64,000 nucleotides of DNA from Pseudomonadota bacterium (GCA_043825735.1 JBDRRP010000145.1:1-64000); one strand, 5' to 3'; positions 40,921 through 51,660 are shown, counted from the stretch's first letter. Numbers and translations: made by a program. Notes: generated by a model from the sequence alone, not told the origin.

Positions 40921-41676
40921 CTAAAGTAGTATCATGGCCAGCGCAACCACCGCCACGACAACGGCCGCGGCGGCATCTGCGCGCCCCATGGCCAGGGGCG
41001 GCCGGGTGCGCGGTTCGCTGTAGCAACGGGCGGCCATGGCCAGCGCCATGCGGTCGGCGTTGAGAAATACGCGGCGCATGAGGGGAACGATCAGCAGGTG
41101 CATGCGCCGGATCGGGCGGCGCAGGTGATCGATGCACCGGGCGCGCTGGGCGGCCTGGGACACCGCGGCCTGGTGTAATATGAGGGGAATGAACCGGATC
41201 ACCAGTGCCAGTTGGACGCCCACCCGCTGTTCGTTGACCAGCGGGACCGGCCGCAGGAACCAGGTCACGGCAGCCGACAGCATCTCCACGCTGGTGGCGG
41301 CAATGACCAGTGCGGCGGCCAGCAGAATGCACAGCAGACGCCAGCTTACGAGCCCCCCTGCCGCCAGGCCTTCCTGTGAAACGGCAAGCCCGCCCCAGCC
41401 GATGAGCACGGTGCCCGGGGTAAAGATCGCTCGGGAAACGATGATGAGCGCCAAAAGCAGCATGACATACCGGCTTTCGGAAAAAAACGCGGAAAAAGAA
41501 AACCCCATGGTGAATGCCAAAGCGGCAAGCAGTACCGAGAGCACCAGAAGCCCCGCCCATCCGGCATACAGGCTCAGCATGCTGACGGCCGCCATAGCCC
41601 CCAGCTTTAATCGCGGGTCCAGCCGGTGCACGCTCGAAGCGCCCGGCCGATAACCGAACGGACTTATGCCAGCCAT
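40921..41676 (-). CDS. bioN: ECF transporter T component
   Basis: HRLDPRLKL, RFIP..AQRAR, AMAARCY. Confidence 0.88.
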   Translation of the reverse strand: MAGISPFGYRPGASSVHRLDPRLKLGAMAAVSMLSLYAGWAGLLVLSVLLAALAFTMGFSFSAFFSESRYVMLLLALIIVSRAIFTPGTVLIGWGGLAVSQEGLAAGGLVSWRLLCILLAAALVIAATSVEMLSAAVTWFLRPVPLVNEQRVGVQLALVIRFIPLILHQAAVSQAAQRARCIDHLRRPIRRMHLLIVPLMRRVFLNADRMALAMAARCYSEPRTRPPLAMGRADAAAAVVVAVVALAMILL

Positions 41677-42413
41677 GATTCAAGAACCCCGCGGTGAGTA
41701 TAGGCACACGGCGGCCGGATGCCGAATTCCGCAACCCGGGGCAGCACCGTCAGGGGCGGGCCGTCCAGGCAGATGCGACCGTGGCTCATCACCACAAGCC
41801 GGTCGGCATGGGCAATGACTTTTTCCAGATCGTGGGTGGTAACCATCACCGTCTGGCCGCTGCGGTGAAGGGATACGATCTGCTCAAGCACCTGCCGGAC
41901 CCCGGGATCATCGAGGTTGGAAAACGGTTCGTCGAATACCAGGATACCGGGCTGCATGGCCAGCACGCCGGCCACGGCCAGGCGGCGCTTTTCTCCCCCG
42001 GAAAGGGTGTGCGGCGCGCGGTCCGCCAGTTCGGTCAATGCCACAGCCGCCATGGCGAACAGCGTCCGCGCGTGCACGGTGTCAGCAGACAGATTCAGGT
42101 TCCGGGGGCCAAAGGCCACGTCTTCATAAACGGTCTCGCCCACAATCTGGCTGTCGGCGTCCTGAAATACGAATCCCACCCGCTGCCGGGCCCGTTTGAG
42201 ATCCTGTTCCACCGGCACACCGTCCACGACGACACGGCCGCGGTGCGGGCAGAGCAGTCCGTTCAGATGTTTCAGCAGCGTGGTCTTTCCAGAGCCGTTG
42301 CGGCCGGCCACGACGACAAAGCTGCCCTGCCCCACGCAAAGGCGGATGTCAAAAATGCCGCAATTCGTGCCGGGATAGACATGGGTCAGATCTTCGACGC
42401 TCAGAATGTTCAT
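41664..42413 (-). CDS. bioM: ECF transporter ATPase
   Basis: GRNGSGKT, VFQD, LSGGEK, FDEP. Confidence 0.9.
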   Translation of the reverse strand: MNILSVEDLTHVYPGTNCGIFDIRLCVGQGSFVVVAGRNGSGKTTLLKHLNGLLCPHRGRVVVDGVPVEQDLKRARQRVGFVFQDADSQIVGETVYEDVAFGPRNLNLSADTVHARTLFAMAAVALTELADRAPHTLSGGEKRRLAVAGVLAMQPGILVFDEPFSNLDDPGVRQVLEQIVSLHRSGQTVMVTTHDLEKVIAHADRLVVMSHGRICLDGPPLTVLPRVAEFGIRPPCAYTHRGVLESWLA

Positions 42414-43003
42414 CGGGGGCGATCGGGCTGATGGCGGTGGGCGCCGACCACCGGCCGCACGGCCTTGGCGATGGACAGTACCGCGGCGATCTTCAGGGCA
42501 TCGCCCAGAACGAAGGGGATCACGCCTACGGCGATGGCTTTGCCCAGAGGCATGCCGGTCACCCATTTGAGCCACGGCACGCCAATGGCATAGATCAGCA
42601 CCGATGCGGCAATGAGGCCGATCAGCTCGAGCACCCACTTTCCCCTTCCGGCATCGGACACCGCCCCCACCAGGATCACCGCCGGCAGATAACTGATCAA
42701 ATAGCCGCCCGTGGGCCCCATGAAGCGGCCCAGTCCCCCGGTGGCGCCGGCAAATACCGGAAGCCCGCAGGCGCCGGCCAACAAATAGAGGCCGACGCTG
42801 GCAGCGCCCCACCGGGGCCCCAGCAACAGGCCGGCGAGCAAAACGAAAAGGTTTTGCAAAACGATGGGCACCGGACCGATGGGGATGGCGACAAAGGCGC
42901 CGATGGCGATAAATGCGGCCATGAGGGCCGTATAGACCATGGACCGGATCTGTTCGGGTGCCAGAAGCACCGAGTCATCAACTGAAGGGGTGGTGGATGG
43001 CAT
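42410..43003 (-). CDS. bioY: Biotin ECF S component
   Basis: VPIVLQ..GLLLG..GLPVFAG..GPTGGYL. Confidence 0.93.
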   Translation of the reverse strand: MPSTTPSVDDSVLLAPEQIRSMVYTALMAAFIAIGAFVAIPIGPVPIVLQNLFVLLAGLLLGPRWGAASVGLYLLAGACGLPVFAGATGGLGRFMGPTGGYLISYLPAVILVGAVSDAGRGKWVLELIGLIAASVLIYAIGVPWLKWVTGMPLGKAIAVGVIPFVLGDALKIAAVLSIAKAVRPVVGAHRHQPDRPR

Positions 43004-43088
43004 TTGATGTTGGTTTCCTTTCACGGGGTGTTGAAAAATTTCACAAATCGGTTGTCTGTATCGTCAGGGATCGCAATAAAACCCAATG

Positions 43089-43223
43089 TCGATGAAACCG
43101 TAAAAAGTGATGTTGAACCACAGAGACCGCAGAGGGCCGCAGAGAATATGTCGAATAATTATTCATATCTCTGCGCTCTCTGCGTCCTCTGTGGTGATTT
43201 AGGACTTTTTACGGGACTGTCAA
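43089..43223 (+). mobile_element. MITE family B copy
   Basis: TCGATGAAACCGTAAAAAGTGA..ACCACAGAGACCGCAGAG..CTCTGTGGTGA..GACTTTTTACGGGACTGTCAA. Confidence 0.78.
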
Positions 43224-43232
43224 CATTGAGCC

Positions 43233-44189
43233 TTACTCAGGGTAGGCGCCGGCCGAATTCATATGGAAACAATCTCCGTAATGAACGGTCTCTATTCGTC
43301 CGTCGCAAGTCTGCACCAACAGAGCGCCCACGGAATCCACGTCCACTGCCGTACCGGTGACGGTGGTGGTGCGGGTCTCCACCCGGACCTTGCGGCCGAG
43401 GGTGACCGCGCGGGTCTTCCACAGGGAAACGATGTCTTCAAGGGAACCGGAGCCCAGGCGTTTGTGAAAACCGGTTAAAAACGCATCCAGGAGCCGTGCC
43501 CGGGCAACAGGCTTTCCGATAAGACGGGCCAGTGACGTGGTGCCGGGTATATCGGCCGGGGGTGCGTTGTTGACATTGATGCCGATGCCGATGTTGAGAA
43601 ACCTGACCATGTCCGATTCGGTCTCCATCTCAGAAAGCATGCCGCAGATTTTTGCCTCTTCCACGAGCAGGTCGTTGGGCCATTTGACCCTCGCGTGCAC
43701 TCCGGTGACGGCTTCGATGGCCAGCGCCAGTTCATAGGATGCGGCAAAAGTGCACCGGAAGCTCAATGCCGGCGGCAGCGCCGGTCGCAGCACCAGTGTG
43801 AAAAACAGTCCACCGGCAGGGGACACCCAGTGCCTCTGGAGCCGGCCGCGGCCACCGGTCTGTTGTTCTGACAGGGCGAGAGAGAAATGCGGGCACCCGT
43901 CACGGGCCAGCCGGCGGGCATCGTTCATGGTGGAATCGGTCACCCCCGTATAATGGATCAGGGACTCCCACTGTGGAAACTCCCAGGGAAACAGGGCATC
44001 GGCTGACGGAGAGAGCACGTACCCTGTCGGTGTTGCCGTGATGGGATACCCCATTTCCCGCAACCCGCGGATCTGTTTCCACACGGCCGTGCGGGAAATC
44101 CCCAGACGGGTGCTGATGGTCTCTCCGGAAACCACCCCGCCGGCACTTTTCAGTATGGTGATGATCTGGGCGCGTCGATGGGTGCTCAA
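43233..44189 (-). CDS. birA: Bifunctional biotin operon repressor/biotin ligase
   Basis: N-terminal wHTH (SRTAVWKQI), DSTM, GRGR, KWPND, KICG, GIGIN; TTG start. Confidence 0.95.
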   Translation of the reverse strand: MSTHRRAQIITILKSAGGVVSGETISTRLGISRTAVWKQIRGLREMGYPITATPTGYVLSPSADALFPWEFPQWESLIHYTGVTDSTMNDARRLARDGCPHFSLALSEQQTGGRGRLQRHWVSPAGGLFFTLVLRPALPPALSFRCTFAASYELALAIEAVTGVHARVKWPNDLLVEEAKICGMLSEMETESDMVRFLNIGIGINVNNAPPADIPGTTSLARLIGKPVARARLLDAFLTGFHKRLGSGSLEDIVSLWKTRAVTLGRKVRVETRTTTVTGTAVDVDSVGALLVQTCDGRIETVHYGDCFHMNSAGAYPE

Positions 44190-44197
44190 AGCTTTTC

Positions 44198-44225
44198 GTC
44201 AACCTTTCTCGGATTTTGGGTTAAC
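44198..44225. promoter_or_regulatory. BirA operator
   Basis: GTCAACC-N14-GGTTAAC immediately upstream of birA-bioY-ECF. Confidence 0.85.
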
Positions 44226-44408
44226 GAAAAACGATGGCAAAGTCAACGGGTATCTCCACTCCGAGCGACTTTTCGTCATGCATCCGTCGGCGGACACGCG
44301 ATGCGACCGACAATGGTGCGATACGTTTGACAGCTCCCCCCAGCTACCCTATGATCGATCCATGTTAGACAACAAGCTGGCCGTCGCCATCGGCCAGGGA
44401 GCATATTC

Positions 44409-45497
44409 ATGCTGGAAGGCCACATCGTCACATCATCTGCCGGATCACTTTGCGTTGCCACCGTGGCCCTGCTCGTTTTCTTTTATCAGTACCGCCTGTA
44501 CTTGCGCAAACCGGACTACGCGTGGAACGGATGGGGGGCCGCGCTCAGTCTGAGCACGTGTGTCTACGCGGTGGCGGTGTTCATCCAGTTCAATGCGTCT
44601 GCCGGCCCCCTCAACCTCTTTGCCGAGCTCATCCAGTACACCTGCTTTGCGCTGATCCAGCAAGCCGCCTTCGGCTATACCCTGACCTACCTGGTGCTCG
44701 ACCTCCGGTGGGTGCACACCCTTCTTGGCATCATCAATGTGACGTTGCTGGGTCTGTTGTGGTTTACCGATCTCGTCCTTGGAGACGGCTTCGTTTTCCG
44801 GGATTTCCTCTGGCTGCAGCGCCCTTACGTAGAACCAGGCCTTGGTCCGCTGGGCCCGCTGTATCTGATCTACATCGCCACCAGCCTCCTGGCCCTGCCC
44901 ATGATATGGTATGCCCACCGCCGCCTGGCCGGGCGCAGCGCCGTGATGTTCGGGGTCGGTTTTGCCGTGTGGGCGTCACTGGGATTTCACGACATCCTGG
45001 CCACACTCGGGGTGAACACGGTTCAGTTTCTCATGGAATACGGTTTTCTGGGATTCAGCGTCGTCCTGCTGATGACATCGGGAAAGGACGATGCGGATCT
45101 TGAACAGATGCTGGCTGCGGAAAAGGACCGTCTCACCGTCACGATACAGGCCATCGGCGACGGCTTTATCAGCACCGATCTGAGCGGCGCGGTGCTGCTT
45201 TACAACAAGGAAGCCGAGCGGCTGTGCGGCTGGCACCGCACGCGAATCATCGGCAAACCCATCCAGGAAGTCTACTACGTCCTTCATGGTCTCCACCGCA
45301 CCCAGCGCAATCACCTGATTGCGCAGGTTATGGACGCCGGCGGCAGTCCCATTCACTTCCCTGACGATATCCTCATCGCCATGAACGGCGACGAATGCCG
45401 CATCGCTCAGACCCTGTCCCTCATCCAGGACAACCGGGGCCGTGCCGTGGGCATGGTGGTGATCTTCAGACCGGCGCAGACCGCTCCATTCCAATAG
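44409..45497 (+). pseudogene. 7TM (HisKA_7TM-like) + PAS sensor lacking an output domain, probably truncated
   Basis: About 7 TM segments, then a PAS/PAC ending GMVVIFR (normally followed by DIT) and a stop 8 codons later inside the convergent mpl. Confidence 0.6.
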
Positions 45498-46911
45498 CAG
45501 CCAGCAGTCTTTCGTGAATGTTGTCGAAGCCGCCGTTGGACATGATCAGCACGGTGTCGCCGGATCGGCAGGTGGACGCGAGAAAATCGATGATGGCGTC
45601 GGTATCCTCGAAGTGATGGGCGTCCAGTCCCCGGCGCTGGAGATCTTCCACCAGGCGCTCGGAGGACATGCGCTGGGCTTCGGGGACTTTGTGCAGGGCG
45701 GACGGACGGCGGATGCAGATAAGATCGGCGCCATCGAAGACGGTGGGATACACTTTCTGGAAAACCTGTCGCATGCTGGAATTGGTGCGCGGTTCGAACA
45801 CGGCGACAAGGCGCCCGCCGGCCGCGTGGGGCCGGACCGCCGCAATGGTCTCACGCACCGCGGTGGGATGGTGGGCGAAATCGTCCATGACGGTGACGCC
45901 CCGGCGCTTTCCGCGGATTTCCTGCCGCCGGCGGACCCCGGAAAACGACGCCAGCGCCGCGGCCATCACCGGCGCCTCGAGTCCCTGCGCCGCGCCCGCG
46001 GCGATCACGGCCGCGGCGTTGCTCACATTGTGGCGCCCCAGCATGGGTGAGCGGAACCGCCCGAACAGGTTATCCCGGTGGTAAAGGGAAAACTGCGTCC
46101 ACGGCGGGGCGACGCTCACGTCATCGATTCTCCAGACCGCCCCGGCAGCGCCGCCATAGGTTTCGACGCGGCAGCGGGCACCGGAGAGAACGCGATCGAT
46201 GTTCGCGTCTCCGTGGCAGGCCACGAGAAGGCTCTCCCGGGGCATCCCGTGGACGAACCGGGAAAACGCCTCACAGACATGGTCCAGATCGCGATAGATG
46301 TCGGCGTGGTCGAACTCGACACTGGTGAGGATGGCGACGGCCGGCCGGAAGTGAAGAAACTTCGGCCCCTTGTCGAAATAGGCCGTGTCGTACTCGTCAC
46401 CTTCAAGGACGGCCACCTGACCGCCGCCCCGGCGGCAGTTGCTGTCGAAATCCTTCAGGATGCCTCCGATCATAAAGGAGGGATCCAGCCCCGCCCGGTA
46501 GAGAACCCAGGCCAGAAGTGATGATGTGGTGGTTTTCCCGTGGGTGCCGGTCACTACCAGGGCGCGCTTTTGCCCCACCAGGAACCGGTTGAGGGCCTGG
46601 GGCAGCGAACAGTAGGCAAGCCCCATCTCCCGCACGCGCCGGGCCTCGGGGTTGTCCGCTTTCACGGTATTTCCCACCACCACAAGATCCGGCGCCGGCG
46701 TCAGATGGTCTGGATCGAATCCGTCGAGCAGATGGATTCCCCTGGACGCCAGAAAGGTGCTCATCGGGGGATAGACATTTGCGTCGGAGCCGGTGACGGT
46801 GATACCACTGTCCTTGAGAATGCAGGCAAGGGCACCCATGGCCGTGCCGCAGGCGGCGATCAGGTGTACCCGCCCCACCGCTTCAGGGATATGGTTGTTA
46901 ACGTCGGTCAT
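45466..46911 (-). CDS. mpl: Murein peptide ligase
   Basis: CGTAMG..DANVYPPMS, GTHGKTTT, EGDEYD, DHADIY, DDFAHHPT, EPRTNS, SNGGF. Confidence 0.93.
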   Translation of the reverse strand: MTDVNNHIPEAVGRVHLIAACGTAMGALACILKDSGITVTGSDANVYPPMSTFLASRGIHLLDGFDPDHLTPAPDLVVVGNTVKADNPEARRVREMGLAYCSLPQALNRFLVGQKRALVVTGTHGKTTTSSLLAWVLYRAGLDPSFMIGGILKDFDSNCRRGGGQVAVLEGDEYDTAYFDKGPKFLHFRPAVAILTSVEFDHADIYRDLDHVCEAFSRFVHGMPRESLLVACHGDANIDRVLSGARCRVETYGGAAGAVWRIDDVSVAPPWTQFSLYHRDNLFGRFRSPMLGRHNVSNAAAVIAAGAAQGLEAPVMAAALASFSGVRRRQEIRGKRRGVTVMDDFAHHPTAVRETIAAVRPHAAGGRLVAVFEPRTNSSMRQVFQKVYPTVFDGADLICIRRPSALHKVPEAQRMSSERLVEDLQRRGLDAHHFEDTDAIIDFLASTCRSGDTVLIMSNGGFDNIHERLLAAIGMERSAPV

Positions 46912-46950
46912 GGCTCTTTGCCGCTCCTTGCCCGTAGAGGCTCCTACGGA

Positions 46951-47391
46951 TTATGCTTGTGAATCGGCAAGGGCCGCGGTGGCGCAGGACTCATCGACGC
47001 CAAATCGGATAAAGAGTTTCTCGCGTTCACCGTCGACTTCGGGGTTGTTGTTGTTCCAGTCGAAAATTCGGCAGGCATCGGTATCGCTGGACGGGATGGA
47101 ACACCCGATGAATGGCATCAGGGGATCGCCGGCAATGGATTTGTAGTTGAGCATCATGGCTGAATGCTGGGGAAACCGGTCGAACTCGAAGAGTTGAACC
47201 AGATACACCGCGCATTCACCATCGAAAAAATCACTGTTGGCGCGGTAGTTGATGATGCGGTCACGAAACATCCTGAGCGCCCGCTCCGCCACGTCAGCTT
47301 CGACGATCATGTTGAACTCGCCATGCCGGCGGTTGGCTTCCTCGATTTCTTCCTGGTTCGTGATATGAATAAAGTGCCCCATGAAAATCAT
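46951..47391 (-). CDS. Hypothetical protein
   Basis: 146-aa ORF with AAGGA upstream, co-oriented with mpl. Confidence 0.65.
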   Translation of the reverse strand: MIFMGHFIHITNQEEIEEANRRHGEFNMIVEADVAERALRMFRDRIINYRANSDFFDGECAVYLVQLFEFDRFPQHSAMMLNYKSIAGDPLMPFIGCSIPSSDTDACRIFDWNNNNPEVDGEREKLFIRFGVDESCATAALADSQA

Positions 47392-47487
47392 TGCATTGTC
47401 CTTTCATTCCGATACCCGATAGTCCGCCGGGCAAAGGCCCGAAGGGTCACCCGCAGCCTATAGCATAATTGGTGCCTGTTCATAAAT

Positions 47488-47556
47488 GGTAGATTTTGGT
47501 GCACCGCTGCGATGGCTTGACCGTCCACCAGGTCTGTGGCAGCATTACGGCGGTTG
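47488..47556 (+). ncRNA. Candidate SAH-riboswitch-like element
   Basis: ACCGCTGCGA-TGG..CCA-CCAGG...ACGGCGGT; P1 not in canonical register. Confidence 0.4.
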
Positions 47557-47617
47557 GCGCTCCGGAACACGGCGGCGCTGCCCGTATCTATCTCCAACAC
47601 GATCTCCGGGAGGCACC

Positions 47618-48838
47618 ATGATCTCGTTCAATCCGGAACAGGAGCTGTGGCGTGTCACCAGGGAATTTGGCGAACACGGCGGCGTAACGCCATCCATATC
47701 GCGCTCGTCCACGTTCACCGTCATGGACCCTGCCGCAATGCCGGAAATTTTCGAGGGCCTGCGGGGGCCGGACAAGGACGGTTGTTTTCTCTACAGCCGG
47801 CATTTCAATCCCACCCTGGATGTCTTGTCGCGATACCTGGCCGCCATGGAAGGCACCGAGGCAGCTGTGTGCACGGCCAGCGGAATGTCGGCCATCGCCT
47901 GCAGTCTGCTTCAGTTCTGCCGTCACGGGGATCACATCGTCTCCAGTGACACCATCTACGGAGGCACGCATGCCCTTTTGGAAAAGCTGCTGCCCCAGAT
48001 GGGCATCACGGTAAGCTTTGTGGATCCCACCGATCTGGCCGCCGTCGAAGGGGCCATTCGACCGGAAACCCGCGTGCTTTATGCCGAAACCATCGGCAAC
48101 CCGACCCTGAAAGTCACCGATCTGCCGGCATGGGCCGAACTGGCCGAGTCGCGGGGGCTCACCTTCATCGTGGACAACACATTTTCTCCGGTCATGGTAT
48201 CCCCGGCGCAGCATGGCGCGCACGTGGTGGTGCACTCGCTGACCAAGTTCGTCAATGGCGCCAGTGACATGATCGCGGGGGCCATCTGCTGCAGCAACGC
48301 CTTTCGCCTGCGGCTCATGGACCTGCACACCGGAAGGGTCATGCTGCTGGGGCCCACGATGGATCCCCGGGTCGCCTTTGACCTGATCCAGCGCCTGCCT
48401 CACCTGCCGCTGCGCATGCGCGAGCACTCCCGGCGGGCCATGATCATTGCCCAGCGACTGCACGCCCTTGGACTGCCCGTGATTTACCCCGGCCTCGCCA
48501 CGCATCCTCAGCACCTCACGCTGACGGCGATCGTGAACAGGGGGTTCGGCTTCGGTGGCATGATGGCCATTGACTGCGGCACTCGTGAAAAAGCCGAAAG
48601 GCTCATGTCGGTGCTCCAAAACCAGGAACGGTTCGGCCTCATTGCCGTATCTCTGGGATATTTTGATACGCTGATGTCGTGTTCGGGGTCATCCACCTCA
48701 TCGGAAATCGCCCCCGAGGACCAATCGCGCATGGGGCTCAGCCCCGGTCTATTGAGGCTATCCATCGGCTACTCCGGCAGCATCGAGGACCGGGTGGCCC
48801 AGATCGAAAACGCCGTGGCCACGGTGGGAATGGTATGA
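47618..48838 (+). CDS. Methionine gamma-lyase-like PLP enzyme (Cys/Met metabolism family)
   Basis: FGEHGGVTPSI, YSRHFNP, SGMSAI, YGGT, DNTF, HSLTK (PLP lysine), AVSLG; GGGAGG RBS. Confidence 0.88.
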   Translation: MISFNPEQELWRVTREFGEHGGVTPSISRSSTFTVMDPAAMPEIFEGLRGPDKDGCFLYSRHFNPTLDVLSRYLAAMEGTEAAVCTASGMSAIACSLLQFCRHGDHIVSSDTIYGGTHALLEKLLPQMGITVSFVDPTDLAAVEGAIRPETRVLYAETIGNPTLKVTDLPAWAELAESRGLTFIVDNTFSPVMVSPAQHGAHVVVHSLTKFVNGASDMIAGAICCSNAFRLRLMDLHTGRVMLLGPTMDPRVAFDLIQRLPHLPLRMREHSRRAMIIAQRLHALGLPVIYPGLATHPQHLTLTAIVNRGFGFGGMMAIDCGTREKAERLMSVLQNQERFGLIAVSLGYFDTLMSCSGSSTSSEIAPEDQSRMGLSPGLLRLSIGYSGSIEDRVAQIENAVATVGMV

Positions 48839-49213
48839 CGCCCGGACACCGCCGCGTTCACGGCCACGGTGTGAATCCTTGGGACTGTATATATTCTTCT
48901 AAGTTTCTATTGAATAGTTTTTACTTTTTTTGTGCCCCCTGGCGCACCGCGCACATTTCTGCTAAATCGCTCAAAGTCATGGAAGCCGCAGCGCTGATTG
49001 GACCCGTAAAATTCCCTTCCATCGTCATGCCGGTTTCCATAACCTGTTTGATATCGTTCTGTTCTAGGGCAAGGAACGGGCTTGCCCATTTCCCCCGCGC
49101 CCTTTAGAACGGATGCCGGATCGCCACAACAGACGTATGTTTACAAAAATTCTAAACCACGCGCCGAACCGTCACAACAACCCCTGGGGCCTGCAACCGC
49201 CAGAAAGGTTTCA

Positions 49214-50071
49214 ATGAAAAAGCCAGTCATCGCCTTCCAGGGCGTTCACGCCGCGCACACGGATCTGGCCTGCCGCCAAGCCTATCCCGGTATGACCACC
49301 CTGCCCTGCCACACCTTCGAGGAGGTCTTTGCGGCCGTACGGTCAGGGGCGGCCGTCCTGGGCATGATTCCCATCGAGAACTCACATGCTGGACGGGTCG
49401 CGGAAATTCACAACCTGTGGATAGGGGCAGCGGTTTTCATCGTTGCCGAGCACTTTCAGCCCATCGCCCACCACCTGTTCGCCGTTGCCGGCAGCGACCC
49501 GGCCGGCATCAGCGATGTCTACTCTCATCCGCAGGCCCTCATGCAATGCCGGGACAACCTGAACGCGCTCGGGCTGCGCATCCACCACTACGCGGACACG
49601 GCCCTGGCGGCCAAGGACGTGGCACGCTGGGGAGATCCCAAAAAGGCCGCGCTGGCCTCGGCGCTGGCCGGCGAGATGTACGGTCTTGAGCGGATCGGCT
49701 CCGATCTCCAGGACAGTCGTGACAACACCACGGTGTTTGTGACCATATCCCTTCGCCCTGTGGATCCGGACCCGGCCGATGGCATGGTCATCACCTCGCT
49801 GCTGTTCAGTGTGCGCAACATCCCCGCCGCCCTGTACAAGGCTCTGGGCGGATTTGCCACCAATCAGGTCAACCTGCTCAAACTCGAAAGTTATATCCCG
49901 GTGGGTGTTTCCCAGGAGAAAGCCAAATTTTTCATCACCCTGGAGGGCCATACCCGGGACAGAAGTGTCCAACTGGCCCTGGATGAGCTGGAATACTTCT
50001 GTGACACCGTCGACATCATCGGCACCTATCACGCTGCACCCCAGCGGTTTAAACCTCAACGGCCGGCGTAG
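49214..50071 (+). CDS. pheA: Prephenate dehydratase with ACT domain
   Basis: AFQG, PIENS, SHPQALMQC, DNTTVF, NLLKLES. Confidence 0.92.
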   Translation: MKKPVIAFQGVHAAHTDLACRQAYPGMTTLPCHTFEEVFAAVRSGAAVLGMIPIENSHAGRVAEIHNLWIGAAVFIVAEHFQPIAHHLFAVAGSDPAGISDVYSHPQALMQCRDNLNALGLRIHHYADTALAAKDVARWGDPKKAALASALAGEMYGLERIGSDLQDSRDNTTVFVTISLRPVDPDPADGMVITSLLFSVRNIPAALYKALGGFATNQVNLLKLESYIPVGVSQEKAKFFITLEGHTRDRSVQLALDELEYFCDTVDIIGTYHAAPQRFKPQRPA

Positions 50072-50097
50072 GCCCCCCTTCAGTGAAAGGAACCGTC

Positions 50098-50634
50098 ATG
50101 CCGTTTTTCAATCTCATCCGCTCCCGCAGAAGCGTCCGTGCCTTCACGCCGACGCCGGTGGAAAGAGAAAAAGTGGACCTGCTCGTGGAGGCGGCCCTTC
50201 GGGCACCCTCGTCGCGAAACACCTGTCCCTGGGAGTTTATCGTGGTGGACGATGCGGCCACCATTGCCGGCCTAGCCTGCGCCAAGCCCCACGGCGCCGG
50301 CTTTCTGGCCGGTGCGCCCCTGGCCGTTGTGGTGACGGCTGACCCGAAGCGCTGTGACGTCTGGATCGAAGATGCCGCCATCGCCACCACATTCATTCAC
50401 CTGGCGGCGCACAGCCTTGGTCTGGGCAGCTGCTGGATCCAGTTGAGAAATCGCCAGCACACTGCGGAGGTCTCTTCAGAGGCCTATGTACGCGACCTGC
50501 TGGGCATCCCCGATGACCGCCGCGTGTTGTCGATGGTTGCCGTGGGATACCCTGAGAGGCGCCCCGAGGGGCACGCTGTCGCCAGCCTTCCGTCCGGAAA
50601 GGTTTTTCAGAACCGCTACGGCACACCGCGCTGA
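50098..50634 (+). CDS. Nitroreductase family protein
   Basis: RRSVRAF, APSSRN..PWEF, LGLGSCW. Confidence 0.92.
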   Translation: MPFFNLIRSRRSVRAFTPTPVEREKVDLLVEAALRAPSSRNTCPWEFIVVDDAATIAGLACAKPHGAGFLAGAPLAVVVTADPKRCDVWIEDAAIATTFIHLAAHSLGLGSCWIQLRNRQHTAEVSSEAYVRDLLGIPDDRRVLSMVAVGYPERRPEGHAVASLPSGKVFQNRYGTPR

Positions 50635-50784
50635 TGACAGTGAGGCATCAACCGTCGATTGACCCTGGCCGGTTCGTTGGCTATGATACGTTGGTCAGGT
50701 CTCCATCAACCGGCGGCACGCCCCCGCCATTGACAACACCATGACACCGCACTGCGGCGGTGATATGAGAGGATGCCCCCAATC

Positions 50785-51624
50785 ATGCGGATCAGGAGCT
50801 ACGGCGCACGGGGTTCGGTACCGGTATCGGGCAAGGATTATCTGAAATACGGCGGCGACACGACCTGCGTAGAAATTCTGACCGGCAGCGGGGAAACCAT
50901 CGTCGTTGATGCCGGCAGTGGCATGCGGCGGCTGGGCGACCGTCTCATTGCAGAAAACCGCCTGCAGTTTCACCTGCTTTTCACCCATTTTCACTGGGAC
51001 CATATCATCGGATTCACGGTCTTCAAACCAAACTACCTCGAAGCCACCCGGACAAATATCTGGCATCCTCGGCAGATCCAGGGCGACATCCGCGCCACCC
51101 TGAAGAACCTCATGAGTCCGCCCGGTTTTCCCATCCGCTATAGCCGGCTCAACGCCACTCACATGTTTCAGCAACATGATATGCGATCATTTGGCATCGC
51201 GATGACCTCGGTGCATACCATCGCCATCAGCCACACGCATCCGGGCCTCGGATACCGCTTCGAAGAAAACGGCAAGAGCTTCGTAATTCTCACCGACAAC
51301 GAACTCGGCCGGCAACACCCCGGAGGGCAACCGTTTGAAGACTACGTCACGTTTGCCCGGGAGGCCGACCTGATGTTTCACGACGCTCAATATACCCGCC
51401 AGGAGTATCCGTCCAAGGCCGGCCGGGGGCACTCGAGCGTTACCGACGCCCTTGACCTGGCACTGAAAGCCGGCGTACACCGCTTCGGCCTGTTTCACCA
51501 CAGCCCCGATAGGACTGACGCAGCCCTGGACGCGCTGGTGGCGGACTGCCGCGCACGAATTGCCGAGGCCGGCAGTCCGATGACCTGCTTTGCGGTGGGC
51601 CAGGACACCGACATCACCCTATAG
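50785..51624 (+). CDS. MBL-fold metallo-hydrolase (paralog of 20876)
   Basis: GARGS, YGGDTTC, THFHWDH, TDNE, GHS, FHHSP. Confidence 0.88.
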   Translation: MRIRSYGARGSVPVSGKDYLKYGGDTTCVEILTGSGETIVVDAGSGMRRLGDRLIAENRLQFHLLFTHFHWDHIIGFTVFKPNYLEATRTNIWHPRQIQGDIRATLKNLMSPPGFPIRYSRLNATHMFQQHDMRSFGIAMTSVHTIAISHTHPGLGYRFEENGKSFVILTDNELGRQHPGGQPFEDYVTFAREADLMFHDAQYTRQEYPSKAGRGHSSVTDALDLALKAGVHRFGLFHHSPDRTDAALDALVADCRARIAEAGSPMTCFAVGQDTDITL

Positions 51625-51660
51625 CCAGACCACCGCCCCGGGGACTGCAAAGGACCTGTT

